Part shown: piece after piece, positions 51,691-61,679 of the stretch
Numbering within the stretch: position 1 is the first letter of the stretch
Layout: each line of letters begins with the position of its first letter
Assembly (NCBI GenBank): GCA_964413155.1
Contig: CAYPRT010000001.1
Span: 102,702-166,701 of the forward strand
From: an uncultured Hyphomicrobiales bacterium
GTDB taxonomy: Bacteria > Bacteroidota > Ignavibacteria > Kapaibacteriales > UBA2268
DNA length: 64,000 nucleotides
Reading direction: 5' to 3'
Program-made: the position numbers and the translations under genes
Notes under the pieces: model-generated
What the model was told of the DNA's origin: nothing
What the model saw: the letters and a program-made list of their open reading frames with translations, nothing else
The model's database searches: none

Positions 51691-51808
51691 TTATACTCCA
51701 AATATGACACAAATTGAAGAATTCACTTAATTAAATCTTTAAAATATCAAAATTTTTGCAATTTTTAGGGTTAGATTTTCTCTTTTTAATTTTTTATTTT
51801 TGAATGGT

Positions 51809-52377
51809 ATGGATGTAGAATATTTAATTATTTTTTCGTTTTTTATTGCTATTTCTTTAGCAATCGATGCTTTTTCGGTTGCGGTTTCTGCTGGCGTTTA
51901 TTTTGGTAAAACCAACCATCGACAAAGATTTCGACTTTCATTCCATTTTGGACTTTTCCAGTTCATTATGCCTTTAATTGGTTGGCTCGTGGGTGAACAA
52001 GCTTCGCACTTTCTTCAAAAATTTGACCATTGGTTTGTTTTGCTATCCTTGTTGTTTTGGGAATTAAAATGATTAACGAAAGCAAAAAATCAAAAAAAAT
52101 AAAAGAAGATATAACTCGTGGATGGAAACTCATTGCTTTGTCCATTTCAACCAGTTTAGATGCTTTCGCTGTGGGATTTGGACTTGCTTTGCTTGATGGT
52201 CAAATTATTATTATGTCGATAATTATTGGAATTGTCGCTTCTACTGCAACTTATATCGGAATTCTTATTGGCGAAAGCGTTCCATTGTATTTCGAACGTA
52301 GGGCAACAATTGTTGCTGGTAGTGTTCTGATATTAATCGGAACTCAAATTGTTTTAAACCATTTGGGGGTAATATAA
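51809..52377 (+). pseudogene. mntP: Manganese efflux pump MntP (DUF204) interrupted by a 1-nt frameshift at ~52031-52036
   Basis: ORF 51800..52072 (...SLAIDAFSVAVSAG...FQFIMPLIGWLVGEQ...DHW) and ORF 52030..52377 (..FAILVVLGIKMINE...SLDAFAVGFGLALL...) together make one full-length MntP. Frames switch after CAT TGG in a tGGt context. ATG at 51809. Confidence 0.65.
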
Positions 52378-53646
52378 ATGAAAAGGCTTATTTTGTTATT
52401 AACTATAGCCTTCTCTATAACTTTTTGCTCAACATTGCTTGCTATTGAAGACAATAAAAATGAAGATATCTATCGTAAGGTAATCTTAGCAACTGGTATG
52501 AACGATATTGCAAATATTGCAAAACTCGATATAATCCCTAAACTTCGCTTTCTACTCTTTACACTACCCGACAGCGTTTGGGGAAAATACGAAATTGAAT
52601 ATGATTCAGCTAAACTCTATATGGAAATTAGTAAAAATCTGCAAAGTCACTTTTCCCCTCAAGAAGCACAAAAATACTATCATATGGCTCAAATTCTTTT
52701 AGAAGATTTTACAGATACTTCTTATTCTAAATTCGAGTACTTTCTTTCAAAGATGGATTCATTGGATTTGGTCAAGGCCGAAACGGATTCTTTGATTGAT
52801 AAACCAAGAAAAGAAATTTTGGAACTCGAAAGAAATTTCTTTAATAAACTTATCGATTCATTAAAAATCAAACTATTTTTCAAAATTGATACAATTAGGA
52901 TTCGACCACTTACAGAAGACAAAATCCTAAAAAATGATTTTTGTGACTCTCTTCGAACAGTCTTTCATAATTTGGATTCTCTTCTTTTAAAGTACTTTGG
53001 AATAAGTTTAAAATGGGATTCCTTGCGGAAAGAATTCTATCTTTTTCCACCATATCAAAGCGATACATTTAACTTTGAATTAAAGTTACCCGATACTTTA
53101 ATCTTCCGAGAAAGGAAAATTTTCCCCGACAGTGCAACAAAATTCTTATTCTTAGATACTTCCAATTTTATATTCAACCTAAAGGAATTAGAGAATTATT
53201 CCAAAAAACTTAAAGAATATTCAAATTTATTAAATGAATATTTCAAACTTTGGGAATTGTATATTGACTCGCTATCAAGTTACTATCGAAATTCATTTGA
53301 ATTGTTGAGGAAGTTTTCTTCCAATGAGTCGAAAAATAAAGAGACAGAAAAAGAACTTGAAAAATTAACCAAAGAATTCGAACAATTTTACAAAAGTCTT
53401 TTAGAAGAGTATAAGAATCTATTGAAAAAATACAAGTATGAATTAGAAATCAATAAAGAATTGCTGAATAAAGAGATTGAAAAATGGAATTTTGACCTTG
53501 GTTCACAACTTGGTTTACAAATCGACGAGTTAAAGAGATTAATGCAAAAACACAAAGAATTCATTGAAGATTTAAGCAAAATGAAAAAGCAAATAGAGAT
53601 TGAAATCTTAAACGACCTCAAAAACCGAGGTTATATCAATGAATAA
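52378..53646 (+). CDS. Hypothetical secreted coiled-coil protein, 422 aa
   Basis: Signal peptide MKRLILLLTIAFSITFCSTLLA. C-terminal third is K/E-rich heptad-like (ELEKLTKEFEQFYKSLLEEYKNLLKKYKYELEINKELL...). ATG directly abuts the mntP stop. Confidence 0.4.
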   Translation: MKRLILLLTIAFSITFCSTLLAIEDNKNEDIYRKVILATGMNDIANIAKLDIIPKLRFLLFTLPDSVWGKYEIEYDSAKLYMEISKNLQSHFSPQEAQKYYHMAQILLEDFTDTSYSKFEYFLSKMDSLDLVKAETDSLIDKPRKEILELERNFFNKLIDSLKIKLFFKIDTIRIRPLTEDKILKNDFCDSLRTVFHNLDSLLLKYFGISLKWDSLRKEFYLFPPYQSDTFNFELKLPDTLIFRERKIFPDSATKFLFLDTSNFIFNLKELENYSKKLKEYSNLLNEYFKLWELYIDSLSSYYRNSFELLRKFSSNESKNKETEKELEKLTKEFEQFYKSLLEEYKNLLKKYKYELEINKELLNKEIEKWNFDLGSQLGLQIDELKRLMQKHKEFIEDLSKMKKQIEIEILNDLKNRGYINE

Positions 53647-53669
53647 GTACAATAATGAAAGGAGAGAAA

Positions 53670-54869
53670 ATGAAAGACGACCCTGCGATGCAAATCCAGG
53701 ATTACTGGGTATTTGGTGAATACGGAGGCGTAAATCCATCTATTGAAGACGCCTCTACATTTACTTTTTTATCTGCAGAAAAAATGCAAGAACTCTTCGA
53801 ACATGAAGTCGAAGGTTGTTTCTTGTATTCTCGTCATTTGAACCCAACAGTTCATTATCTTGCTCAATCGATTGCATTGCTCGAAGGTACTGAATATGCT
53901 CAAATTACTGCTTCGGGAATGGCAGCTATCAGTTGTGCAATCTTGCAAATATGCTCCTATGGCGATGAAATCATTTCCAGCAGAACAATTTACGGCGGAA
54001 CATATGCCCTACTGAAAAACTTTCTTCCCAAATTTGGCATCAAGACTACATTTGTGAACATTCTTGACCTTGATGCAATTAAATCTAAAATCACTCCACA
54101 AACTAAAATTATCTATACAGAATCAATCAGCAATCCATTGCTCGAAGTCGCAAACGTTCCAGAATTAAGTAAACTTGCTAAAGAGTATAATTTAACTCTC
54201 ATTGTCGACAATACCTTCAGCCCGATGATTATGCAACCCCACAAACTTGGTGCAGATATTGTAGTGCATAGCCTTACCAAATTTATCAATGGAGCTAGCG
54301 ACTGCGTCGGCGGTGCCATTTGTGGAAAGCACGATTTTATTACCTCGTTGAAAGATGTTCACAACGGCTCTGCAATGCTTTTAGGTCCAACAATGGATTC
54401 CATTCGTGCTGCAGGTATCTTAAAAAATCTACGAACTTTACATATAAGAATAAAACAACACAGCAAGAATGCACATTTTATAGCAAAAAAGTTATCTGAG
54501 CTTGGATTTAGAGTTTTCTACCCTGGGCTGGAAACCCATCCTCAACACAACTTGATGAAAAGTTTGATGAATCAGGAGTATGGATTTGGTGGAATGGTAA
54601 CATTCGATTGCAAAACACCCGAAAAGGCAAATGAATTGATGTTGAAAATGCAAGAAAATAAAGTGGGATATTTTGCAGTTAGTCTCGGTTTCTTTAAAAC
54701 ATTATTTAGTGCACCGGGATTGAGTACCTCGAGTGAAATTCCACCAGAAGAACAAATCCAAATGGGTCTTTCCCCAGGTTTAGTTAGGATGTCCATTGGA
54801 ATTGACAATGATATTGAATTAACTTGGGAAAGGATTCAAAAGTCGATAAAAGAAGTGGGTTTAGTATAG
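53670..54869 (+). CDS. Cys/Met-metabolism PLP-dependent enzyme (methionine gamma-lyase / cystathionine gamma-synthase / O-acetylhomoserine sulfhydrylase family)
   Basis: PLP-lysine motif SLTKFINGASD, fold-type I pattern. ATG 53670 with GGAGAG SD. Confidence 0.8.
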   Translation: MKDDPAMQIQDYWVFGEYGGVNPSIEDASTFTFLSAEKMQELFEHEVEGCFLYSRHLNPTVHYLAQSIALLEGTEYAQITASGMAAISCAILQICSYGDEIISSRTIYGGTYALLKNFLPKFGIKTTFVNILDLDAIKSKITPQTKIIYTESISNPLLEVANVPELSKLAKEYNLTLIVDNTFSPMIMQPHKLGADIVVHSLTKFINGASDCVGGAICGKHDFITSLKDVHNGSAMLLGPTMDSIRAAGILKNLRTLHIRIKQHSKNAHFIAKKLSELGFRVFYPGLETHPQHNLMKSLMNQEYGFGGMVTFDCKTPEKANELMLKMQENKVGYFAVSLGFFKTLFSAPGLSTSSEIPPEEQIQMGLSPGLVRMSIGIDNDIELTWERIQKSIKEVGLV

Positions 54870-54872
54870 TAT

Positions 54873-55577
54873 ATGGAAAAAATTCTCGAAGCAAGAGGTA
54901 TTTTTAAAACGTACTGGAAAGATAACAGCAATAAAATCGAGGTACTTAAAGGAATTAACCTTGACATTTATCGGGGTGAATTCCTTTGTTTAATGGGACC
55001 ATCGGGAGTTGGCAAAACTACTTTGCTACACATACTTGGTACACTAGACAAACCTGATTCTGGAAAAGTTGTATATTTTATTGATGGTCAAGCACTCGAA
55101 ACACATAGTAAAACCAACGACGAACTTGCAAAATTAAGAAATCGTAAAATTGGGTTCGTTTTTCAATTCCATCATCTTTTGCCCGAGTTTACCGCATTGG
55201 AAAATGTTGCTCTTCCACTATTAATTGCTGGAGAAAAGCAAAAAACAGCATTCGAGAAAGCCCGGGAACTTCTCCGTTTAGTTGGAATTAGCGAAAGATT
55301 TGAAAATAAACCTTTGGAACTTTCTGGTGGTGAACAGCAAAGAGTTGCAATTGCCCGGGCTTTGATTAACCAACCCGAAATAGTATTCGCAGATGAACCA
55401 ACCGGCAATCTTGATTCTGCAAATACTGAACAAATACTGCAATTAATTGCAAAAATGAGAAACAAGTTTAAGATTTCGTTTGTTGTTGCAACACATAGTT
55501 CCAAAGTTGCTTCAACTGCCGATAGAATTGCAAAAATGAAAGATGGTGTAATCGTTGAGTTCCTCAACTCTGTATAG
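54873..55577 (+). CDS. ABC transporter ATP-binding protein, LolD/MacB-ATPase-like (no adjacent permease)
   Basis: Walker A GPSGVGKTT, signature LSGGEQQRVAIARAL, Walker B VFADEPTGNLD. Confidence 0.8.
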   Translation: MEKILEARGIFKTYWKDNSNKIEVLKGINLDIYRGEFLCLMGPSGVGKTTLLHILGTLDKPDSGKVVYFIDGQALETHSKTNDELAKLRNRKIGFVFQFHHLLPEFTALENVALPLLIAGEKQKTAFEKARELLRLVGISERFENKPLELSGGEQQRVAIARALINQPEIVFADEPTGNLDSANTEQILQLIAKMRNKFKISFVVATHSSKVASTADRIAKMKDGVIVEFLNSV

Positions 55578-55649
55578 TTAAAATTTCAAAAACAAAAAGG
55601 TTTTGTTAATTTTGCGTTTATTATTTGTTAACCTTAATTCTTTTACGTA

Positions 55650-56858
55650 ATGAAAATAAAGGTAATGCTTTTAATTCAACGTTTGCCCTACCCATTAATT
55701 GGTGGAGATAGAATTAAAAATCACTATTTAATTAAAATATTAAAAAAGCATTTCGACCTCGATTTAGTTGTAATTGCCGAAGGAGAAAGGAACAAAGAAA
55801 TTGAAGAGAAACTTGCCGAAAATACCCGTTCCATCAAAATTTTCAATTCCCCTAAATGGCGATATTACCTTAATACACTTCGCACAATCTTCAACCTTAA
55901 ACCTCTTCAAGTAAATTACTTTTACTTTAAAAAGGCTCAAAAGTATATCAATCAAAAGTCAAGCGAAGTTGATTTGATCATTGCAAGCTTTGTTCGAACA
56001 ACTGAATATGTTCGAAATTTTAATGTTCCCAAAATTTTCGATATGGCAGATAGCATTGCCTTTCGATATAAATTCTCCCATAAAAAAACAACATCTTTTT
56101 TTTGGAAATTAATATACTTTTTTGAATATCACTTACTTTTACGATATGAAAAGAAAATGGTAGAAATTTTCGATAAAACACTTTTATTCAACAAAAGGGA
56201 AATTGAGTTTCTAAATTCTCCAAAGGCTGTATGGATTCCTCATGGAGTGAATCCAGAACTTTTTGAGTATGAACAATACGACCCACAATATTCCAATTTT
56301 ATTACTTTTTTTGGGAAAATGGATTACCGTTCGAATATCGAAGCAGTACTTTGGTTTGCCAAAAATGTTTTCTTTCACTTGCCAGAAAATATTATGTTCC
56401 AAATTATTGGTGGCCGACCAACTAAAGAAATATTGGCGCTTGAGAAAATGTCTCCAAGGATTATCGTTCGGGGATGGGTCGATGACCCATACGTAATGTT
56501 AAGGTCAAGCCTTTGCAATGTAGCTCCAATGCAAATTGGTGGCGGAATTCAGAACAAAATACTTGAAGCAATGGCAATTGGCTCGCTTGTGGTAACAAAT
56601 TCCTATTCATCTTTCCCAATTGCTAAACCCGAAGATAATGTATTGCTAATTGCAGACAAACCAGAGGAATGGATTGAAACAATAAATGAGATTTACAAAA
56701 ACCCTGAGAAATATAAACCTATTCGCAAAAATGCTCGAACATACATAAAAAGAAATTTCACTTGGGACTTATATGAAAAATATCTACTTAACTACATTGA
56801 AGAAGTACTTTCCAGGCAGGAAAAAACATCTGAAGGCTTGGAGTTAAAATCCATTTAA
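55650..56858 (+). CDS. Glycosyltransferase family 4 (GT-B, group 1)
   Basis: C-terminal GT1 motif (VAPMQIGGGIQNKILEAMAIGSLVV; EX7E-like). Confidence 0.75.
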   Translation: MKIKVMLLIQRLPYPLIGGDRIKNHYLIKILKKHFDLDLVVIAEGERNKEIEEKLAENTRSIKIFNSPKWRYYLNTLRTIFNLKPLQVNYFYFKKAQKYINQKSSEVDLIIASFVRTTEYVRNFNVPKIFDMADSIAFRYKFSHKKTTSFFWKLIYFFEYHLLLRYEKKMVEIFDKTLLFNKREIEFLNSPKAVWIPHGVNPELFEYEQYDPQYSNFITFFGKMDYRSNIEAVLWFAKNVFFHLPENIMFQIIGGRPTKEILALEKMSPRIIVRGWVDDPYVMLRSSLCNVAPMQIGGGIQNKILEAMAIGSLVVTNSYSSFPIAKPEDNVLLIADKPEEWIETINEIYKNPEKYKPIRKNARTYIKRNFTWDLYEKYLLNYIEEVLSRQEKTSEGLELKSI

Positions 56859-56952
56859 AACCGAATTCCCCTATTATTGTTTTGACTTATTAAAACAAAA
56901 TAAAACCATAGATTTTTCGCCTATTAAAATTATATTTTGTTAAGATTAAGAA

Positions 56953-58218
56953 ATGTTTGGCTTTCTCATTCAAGTTTGGTTTGTTTTTGTCGAGATGTCG
57001 CCATACCTTTTGCTGGGAATATCGTTTGTTGCAATCCTGGATTTCTTCGTAAAAAAAGACTTCATTTCTCGACATGCAAAAACAAATAATGTTGCATCGA
57101 TAATCAAAACTGCTATTTTTGGTATTCCTTTACCATTGTGTTCCTGCGGTGTTATACCAACAAGTGTATATTTGAAAAAAAGTGGAGCATCGAAACCTTC
57201 TGTTGTTTCCTTTCTCATTTCAACCCCACAAACCGGGATAGATAGTATAATTGCAACCTATGGTTTGCTGGGTCCTATTTTTGCAATCTTTCGCCCAATA
57301 GCAGCTTTTTTAATGGGTATCCTTGGTGGTATAGTTTCAATGTGGTTTTCTAAAAGCTTCCCCGAAGAAATGAACAATTCCAAGAACGAATTTAATTTCG
57401 AAAGCATTGAAATAAACAATCCTGTAAATAATTCCATTTGGATTAGATTAAAGAAATCCCTACGCTATGCTTTTATTGAATTTATCGACGACATTTCTAT
57501 GCAATTCCTATTTGGATTGTTAATTGCTGGAGCGATCGCATATCTTGTTCCCGACGACTTCTTCTCCTCTTTATTTAAAGGGAACGAACTTCTAGCAATG
57601 CTATCTGTTATTGTATTTGCAATTCCAATGTATGTTTGCGCCACGGGGTCTATCCCAATCGCAATGAGCTTAATGATGAAGGGATTTTCCCCTGGAGTTG
57701 CCTATGTCTTCTTGGTTGCAGGACCAGTAACAAACGCTGCCTCTTTAAATATTTTACGCAAAGTTCTGGGGAACAAACTCCTTACATTGTATGTTCTAAT
57801 TATAGCATTCACTTCGATTATTTTTGGTTATTTACTTAATTGGATTTTTGAATTGACAGGTGTTAACCCTCACACTCAAATGTCACATTCTCATATTCAT
57901 AACAATAATTTTACAACACTGGACTACATCTTTGCAACTATTTTTTTAATTTTGATTTTAAGTTCAATTTATAGAAAATATTTTAAAAAACACAAGGAGG
58001 AAACAATGGATACCACAGCAAAAACATACAAAATCGAAGGAATGACCTGCAATCATTGCGTAATGAATGTCGAAGGAGCAATTAAAGGAGTTAAAGGAGT
58101 TAGCGAAGTAAAAGTTATTCTTAACGATGGAATCGCAATTGTCAAAGGAGAATATAACCCCGAAGAAATTAAACTCGCAGTAGAAAATATTGGTTATAAA
58201 TTTGTTGGGGAAAAATAG
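56953..58218 (+). CDS. Permease (DUF318/ArsP-like, SO_0444-type putative metal efflux) fused to a C-terminal heavy-metal-associated (CopZ-like) domain
   Basis: Polytopic membrane domain with CSCG motif in a TM region. C-terminal 70 aa carry the GMTCNHC HMA motif. Confidence 0.65.
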   Translation: MFGFLIQVWFVFVEMSPYLLLGISFVAILDFFVKKDFISRHAKTNNVASIIKTAIFGIPLPLCSCGVIPTSVYLKKSGASKPSVVSFLISTPQTGIDSIIATYGLLGPIFAIFRPIAAFLMGILGGIVSMWFSKSFPEEMNNSKNEFNFESIEINNPVNNSIWIRLKKSLRYAFIEFIDDISMQFLFGLLIAGAIAYLVPDDFFSSLFKGNELLAMLSVIVFAIPMYVCATGSIPIAMSLMMKGFSPGVAYVFLVAGPVTNAASLNILRKVLGNKLLTLYVLIIAFTSIIFGYLLNWIFELTGVNPHTQMSHSHIHNNNFTTLDYIFATIFLILILSSIYRKYFKKHKEETMDTTAKTYKIEGMTCNHCVMNVEGAIKGVKGVSEVKVILNDGIAIVKGEYNPEEIKLAVENIGYKFVGEK

Positions 58219-58697
58219 TGGAGAAAATTGCGATATACCCCGGAACCTTCGACCCAATCACGAACGGACATATTGATGTTATTGAACGAGGCTTAAAAAT
58301 TTTTGACCGAATTATTGTGGTAATTGCAAGACATCCAATAAAGCAAACATTATTTACAGAAGAGGAGCGCTTAGAATTAATTAAAGAATCGCTTAAACAT
58401 TTGCAAAATGTGGATGTAATGGTAACCGAAAAGCTCACAGTTGAATTTGCTCGAAATGTTTCTGCAAATGCAATAATAAGAGGAATAAGAGCTGTCTCGG
58501 ACTTTGAATATGAATTCCAAATTGCTTTGATGAATAGAAAATTATGTCCAGAAATAACAACTATTTTTTTAATGCCAAACGAAAAATATACTTACCTTAA
58601 TTCATCTATTATTCGAGAATTAGCACAATACAGTGCTGATATTAGCGATTTCGTTCCCCCCTTAGTCGAAAAAAAATTAAAAGAAAAATTTTCTTAA
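58218..58697 (+). CDS. coaD: Phosphopantetheine adenylyltransferase
   Basis: IAIYPGTFDPITNGHIDVI (HxGH-type nucleotidyltransferase). GTG start overlapping the upstream TAG (TAGTG). Confidence 0.9.
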   Translation: MEKIAIYPGTFDPITNGHIDVIERGLKIFDRIIVVIARHPIKQTLFTEEERLELIKESLKHLQNVDVMVTEKLTVEFARNVSANAIIRGIRAVSDFEYEFQIALMNRKLCPEITTIFLMPNEKYTYLNSSIIRELAQYSADISDFVPPLVEKKLKEKFS

Positions 58698-58737
58698 AAT
58701 TAAAATACAATATTTATAAAATTTTCTCGTTATACTA

Positions 58738-58764
58738 TTAGCACTCGGTTCAAGCGAGTGCTAA
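58738..58764 (+). promoter_or_regulatory. CIRCE heat-shock operator (HrcA binding site) upstream of groES-groEL
   Basis: TTAGCACTC-N9-GAGTGCTAA is a perfect match to the CIRCE consensus. A TATACT -10-like hexamer lies directly upstream. 40 nt upstream of groES. Confidence 0.8.
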
Positions 58765-58804
58765 TATTTAATGTTGAAATGTTGAACAAATAAGGAGGTA
58801 CAAG

Positions 58805-59092
58805 ATGAACCTATCACCATTGCACGACAGAGTGATAATCAAACCATCCCAGCCAGAAGAAGTAACCAAAGGCGGGATAATTATCCCGGACACTGCAAAA
58901 GAAAAGCCAATGCAAGGCGAAGTCGTCGCTGTTGGTCCTGGCAAAATGACCGATGATGGCAAAGTTATCCCATTAACAGTTAAAGTTGGCGACAAAGTTC
59001 TCTACGGAAAATATTCTGGAACCGAAGTCGAAATCAACGGCGAACAATACCTAATTATGAGAGAAACCGACATTTTTGCTATCATTAAATAA
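58805..59092 (+). CDS. groES: Co-chaperonin GroES
   Basis: Canonical Cpn10 with mobile loop, 95 aa. AGGAGG SD. Confidence 0.95.
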   Translation: MNLSPLHDRVIIKPSQPEEVTKGGIIIPDTAKEKPMQGEVVAVGPGKMTDDGKVIPLTVKVGDKVLYGKYSGTEVEINGEQYLIMRETDIFAIIK

Positions 59093-59125
59093 TTATTATG
59101 TTAAACAAAACAAAGGAGGTATAGT

Positions 59126-60748
59126 ATGGGAGCAAAAATAATCACATTCGATTTTGAAGCAAGAAATGCTTTAAAGCGAGGAGTCGATCAATTAACAAAT
59201 GCCGTAAAAGTTACCCTTGGTCCTAAAGGTCGTAATGTTATTATCGATAAAAAATTTGGAGCTCCAACAGTTACAAAGGATGGAGTAACTGTTGCCAAAG
59301 AAATCGAACTTGAAGACCCAGTCGAAAATATGGGTGCCCAGATGGTTCGAGAAGTTGCATCCAAGACAAGTGATGTAGCTGGCGATGGGACAACTACAGC
59401 AACGGTCCTTGCCCAAGCAATCTTTTCCGAAGGGTTGAAGAATGTTACTGCAGGGGCAAACCCAATGGATTTGAAGCGCGGAATTGATATGGCTGTTGAA
59501 GCTGTAACAAAAGAATTGAAAAATATCAGCAAGGAAGTCGAAGGGAAAAAACAAATTGCAAACGTTGGAGCAATTTCCGCAAACAACGACAAAGCAATCG
59601 GAGAACTTATTGCCGATGCTATGGAAAAAGTTGGTAAAGACGGTGTTATCACCGTTGAAGAAGCCAAAGGAACCGAAACTTCAATGGAAGTTGTCGAAGG
59701 TATGCAGTTCGACCGCGGTTATCTTTCTCCATATTTTGTTACTGATGCCGAAACTATGGAGGCTGTGCTCGAAAATCCATACATTTTAATCCACGACAAA
59801 AAGATTTCTGCTGTTAAAGACATACTTCCTATTCTTGAGAAAATTTCACAATCAGGTCGTTCCTTGTTGATAATTGCCGAAGACGTCGAAGGCGAAGCAC
59901 TTGCAACCTTGGTTGTCAACAAATTGCGTGGAACACTGAAAGTCTGCGCCGTTAAAGCCCCGGGATTTGGCGACCGACGAAAAGCAATGCTCGAAGACAT
60001 TGCAATTCTAACTAATGGTACTGTTATTAGCGAAGAAAAAGGTTTTAAGCTCGAAAATGCAACTCTCGCATACCTTGGTACCGCAAAGAAAGTTGTCGTC
60101 GATAAGGACAACACAACCATAGTCGAAGGAAGCGGAAAACCCGAAGAAATCAAAAAGCGAATTAATGAAATCAAAATCCAAATTGAAAAGACAACAAGCG
60201 AATACGACCGCGAAAAACTTCAAGAACGACTTGCAAAACTCAGCGGTGGTGTTGCAGTTTTGAAAATCGGCGCTGCAACCGAAGTCGAAATGAAAGAAAA
60301 GAAAGCTCGTGTTGAAGATGCTTTGCACGCTACCCGAGCTGCAGTCGAAGAAGGTATCGTTCCCGGCGGTGGCGTAGCCTATTTGCGATGCCTCCATGCG
60401 CTCGACAGTTTGAAGCCGGAAAATGAAGACCAAAAAATTGGGATCGAAATTGTCCGCCGTGCCCTTGAAGAACCCGCACGACAAATTGTCGCAAATGCTG
60501 GACTTGAACCATCCGTAATCGTAAATAAGATAAAAGAAGGCAATGGTTCGTTCGGTTTCAATGCTCAAACCGAACAATTCGAAGACTTGTTCGAAAGTGG
60601 AGTTATCGACCCAACCAAAGTTGCTCGCGTTGCACTCGAAAATGCAGCTTCGGTTGCTGGATTGTTGCTAACAACAGAGTGCACAATCGTTGAAAAACCC
60701 GAAAAGAAGGAAACTCCACCAATGCCTCGTGGATACGACGAATATTAA
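59126..60748 (+). CDS. groEL: Chaperonin GroEL
   Basis: [31 protein letters not shown]-terminal GGM-like tail. 540 aa. Confidence 0.97.
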   Translation: MGAKIITFDFEARNALKRGVDQLTNAVKVTLGPKGRNVIIDKKFGAPTVTKDGVTVAKEIELEDPVENMGAQMVREVASKTSDVAGDGTTTATVLAQAIFSEGLKNVTAGANPMDLKRGIDMAVEAVTKELKNISKEVEGKKQIANVGAISANNDKAIGELIADAMEKVGKDGVITVEEAKGTETSMEVVEGMQFDRGYLSPYFVTDAETMEAVLENPYILIHDKKISAVKDILPILEKISQSGRSLLIIAEDVEGEALATLVVNKLRGTLKVCAVKAPGFGDRRKAMLEDIAILTNGTVISEEKGFKLENATLAYLGTAKKVVVDKDNTTIVEGSGKPEEIKKRINEIKIQIEKTTSEYDREKLQERLAKLSGGVAVLKIGAATEVEMKEKKARVEDALHATRAAVEEGIVPGGGVAYLRCLHALDSLKPENEDQKIGIEIVRRALEEPARQIVANAGLEPSVIVNKIKEGNGSFGFNAQTEQFEDLFESGVIDPTKVARVALENAASVAGLLLTTECTIVEKPEKKETPPMPRGYDEY

Positions 60749-60767
60749 TATTAACTTCCCGAAACTC

Positions 60768-60800
60768 AAGGCTGTCCAATTTTGGACAGCCTTTTTTGTT
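60768..60800 (+). terminator. Rho-independent terminator after groEL
   Basis: AAGGCTGTCCA-ATTTT-GGACAGCCTT followed by TTTTTTG. Confidence 0.6.
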
Positions 60801-60850
60801 TTATATTGATTATTTGATTAATTTTGTCGTTGTCATTAAAGCCATTGAAA

Positions 60851-61669
60851 ATGAAAATAATAACTTGGAACATCAACGGCTATCGTTCAATTGTTGGGCA
60901 AAATCCATCCCGACGTTTCGACAAAGTTACCCGGCAAAACAAACTTTTCAATTTCATCTTCAGAACCAACCCGGATATCATCTGTTTGCAAGAAATCAAA
61001 GCAGATATTGAACAAATTTCCGAAGAACTTCGAGCTCCCGAAGGCTACATTCCTTTTTACAACACCTGCAAAGTAAAAAAGGGATATAGCGGTGTTGCAG
61101 TGTTTACCAAAGTTCAGCCAAAAGATGTATCTTTCGAGCTCGGAATTGATGAGTTCGACCAAGAGGGGCGCTTCATACAATTAGATTTCGATAGATTCAT
61201 TCTGCTCAACATTTATTTCCCAAAAGGATATACCGACCACGAACGCCTTGACTTCAAAATGAGGTTTTATGATGCAGTATTTGACCATCTAAAAGAATTA
61301 AAAAAGAAAACAGAAAATATCGTCGTTTCTGGTGATTACAATACTGCCCACACCGAAATTGATTTAGCAAGACCAAAGGAAAACGAAAACGTCTCGGGAT
61401 TTTTGCCAATCGAACGAGCAAAACTCGACGAACTAATCGAAATGGGGTTCGTCGACTGTTTTCGGCTTTTCACAAAAGAAGGAGGCCATTACTCATGGTG
61501 GAGTCAGCGAGGAAGAGCTCGCGAAAACAACGTTGGCTGGCGAGTTGACTACCATTTTGTTACCAAAGAACTTGTTCCGTTTGTTGAAAAATGTTACATG
61601 CTACCGATGGAATTTGGTTCTGACCACTGTCCAGTTGTCTTGGAACTTTCTAATGATTTGTTTAAATAA
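60851..61669 (+). CDS. xth: Exodeoxyribonuclease III (AP endonuclease, ExoIII/Xth family)
   Basis: MKIITWNINGYR...EEP-fold motifs (QEIK, SGDYNTAH, SDHCPV). ATG 60851; the upstream track extension was rejected. Confidence 0.85.
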   Translation: MKIITWNINGYRSIVGQNPSRRFDKVTRQNKLFNFIFRTNPDIICLQEIKADIEQISEELRAPEGYIPFYNTCKVKKGYSGVAVFTKVQPKDVSFELGIDEFDQEGRFIQLDFDRFILLNIYFPKGYTDHERLDFKMRFYDAVFDHLKELKKKTENIVVSGDYNTAHTEIDLARPKENENVSGFLPIERAKLDELIEMGFVDCFRLFTKEGGHYSWWSQRGRARENNVGWRVDYHFVTKELVPFVEKCYMLPMEFGSDHCPVVLELSNDLFK

Positions 61670-61679
61670 ACGAACACCA

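Noticed and set aside
59188-60577. Antisense ORFs within groEL (159 aa, 151 aa, 189 aa)
   Set aside because: They are embedded antisense to a highly conserved gene. GC-rich conserved genes commonly yield long spurious antisense frames.
61533-61679. Upstream 49 codons of track ORF 61533..61946 overlapping the xth 3' end
   Set aside because: They overlap xth in another frame. The ATG at 61680 lies just after the xth stop and starts the conserved ACT-like sequence.
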